Positions 62,547 through 64,000 of a DNA stretch of 64,000 bases are shown piece by piece. The notes under the pieces were generated by a model. It had not been told where the DNA came from. It did not search any database and saw nothing but the letters and a program-made list of their open reading frames with translations. The translations under genes and the position numbers were made by a program. The stretch's first letter is position 1; each line of letters begins with the position of its first letter. The DNA comes from Squalus acanthias (lineage: Eukaryota): contig CM059433.1 in assembly GCA_030390025.1 (NCBI GenBank), forward strand, positions 12,340,001 through 12,404,000, written 5' to 3'.

Positions 62547-64000
62547 CTGAGTATTTGGAATATTTGACATTGCAAATAGCATCAGAACAAGAGGGTTGTC
62601 CAGGATTAGTTAATAAGCTTCAGATATATAAGTGCTATATGCTGCTGGAAGGAGTGTGGGAGGAAAGTATAAAGCTACACTGGAGAGAACCATATAATCT
62701 TTGTACCCGCTGCCAAATAGTTTTACACAAATGACATTTCACGTGTTTCAAATTTTAAAATAATAAGTATATATTTAAGAGCTACATCTAGGAGCCCGAA
62801 GTTTGAATCTCAGTTTTAACCAACATTAACACTCAGGAGTGGAGGCTTTGTCAGCTCCCCTGGGCGATGGTAGGGGAACTGCAATTGGCCCCAGCAGTCT
62901 TGGGCTAGGCAGAAGAAAAATCAGCCAATTCTGCCCGTTCCTGGTCGTGTCCGGTGACTCCAGCTGTAAACTGCTGCGCGTGGACATCGGTTGAGAATAG
63001 GATCAGACTCTGCTGCGATGCCTCTATAGTTAAATAGCTTGCCAATATTCACTGCCTCGGCGCACTCGTATAAGATTAGCTACACTCGTTGGGCCTGTGT
63101 GGAATCATACTCCAGCGTCAGGCATCACATTCAGCAGAGGAGGGAGGAAAATTGGAGGCTGGGGGGAGAAAGAGATGCAAGTTTCACCAGGTCCACGATG
63201 ATGAACCATGTCAGCCATGTGTTCAGTAAGAATCTAGATTTTTGATTATCAGGCTGGAACATCTCATCTTCGAGAGGGAGCAGGCTTGCACGGCTAAGAG
63301 GGTACGGAAAGAAATAGTGAAAAGCTGGGAGACGGACAAGCCGTTTCTGTTGTTCATTTTATTTCTATTTCTGGATGCTTAGATTTTACTTTTTATTTAA
63401 TTATGTATTGGTAGAAGTTTGAATTGATATAAAAAACACAGAATAAGTCATTGGAGCCTTACCTATTGCTTTTACTAAATGGGATAGCAGCATCCGCAGG
63501 TCACACACCATTAACCGCTTTGTTGTTCTCCATTAGCTCACAGCATCCCCAGTCCAAGCAGCTGTTAGTGTGAGGAAAGTCAATTTTAATATTCACCAAC
63601 AGTACCATTCACTGCACATTGTATTAACTGCAGGACCTTATAGTGCTGAAAACACGCAGCATTAGGAGTAGGAGCAGTTTTTTTGGATAATACTGCAAAA
63701 GCATAAGCTGTCATCTGTGTCTGCTATGTAGACATTTGTTGGTGTGAAGCATCTGTGATCATGATCCCTTAACCTAATCTCCCTCCCTCCCTAAACCTCT
63801 CCGCCTCGCCACCCCCTCTCTCCTCCTTTAAGACGCTCCTTGAAACCTACCTCTTTGACCAAGCTTTTGGTCACCTGTGTCCTAATGTCTCCTTCTTTGG
63901 CTCGGTGTCAATTTCTGTCTGATTACGCTCCTGTGAAGCGCTTCGGGGACATTAAAGGCGCTATAGAAATGCAAGTTGCTGTTGTTGTTGTAAGAGGTAT

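Overview
Eukaryotic, repeat-dominated vertebrate DNA, most likely intronic or intergenic. The repeat content (CR1 LINEs with (ATTCTATG)-type tails, DeuSINE/SacSINE1-like SINEs, two Penelope families, many PIF/Harbinger elements) suggests a cartilaginous fish; this is inference. No host protein-coding gene could be identified with confidence, only a few candidate small exons. The window holds several decayed two-gene Harbinger transposons (HARBI1-like DDE transposase plus spliced Myb/SANT gene) and at least four families of their non-autonomous derivatives. It also holds Penelope retroelements with hammerhead ribozymes, CR1, RTE and L2 fragments, a Tigger/pogo relic, two related solo LTRs with 4-bp TSDs, and several minisatellites. 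Most notable: an 18S rRNA fragment inside a Harbinger transposase gene; a TSD-flanked inverted Penelope insertion with a hammerhead on each strand; hairpins in the Harbinger MITEs kept by compensatory changes; and a strong excess of perfect 5' splice-site motifs (GGTAAGT) in those MITEs. Boundaries were read by eye and are approximate unless a TSD is quoted.
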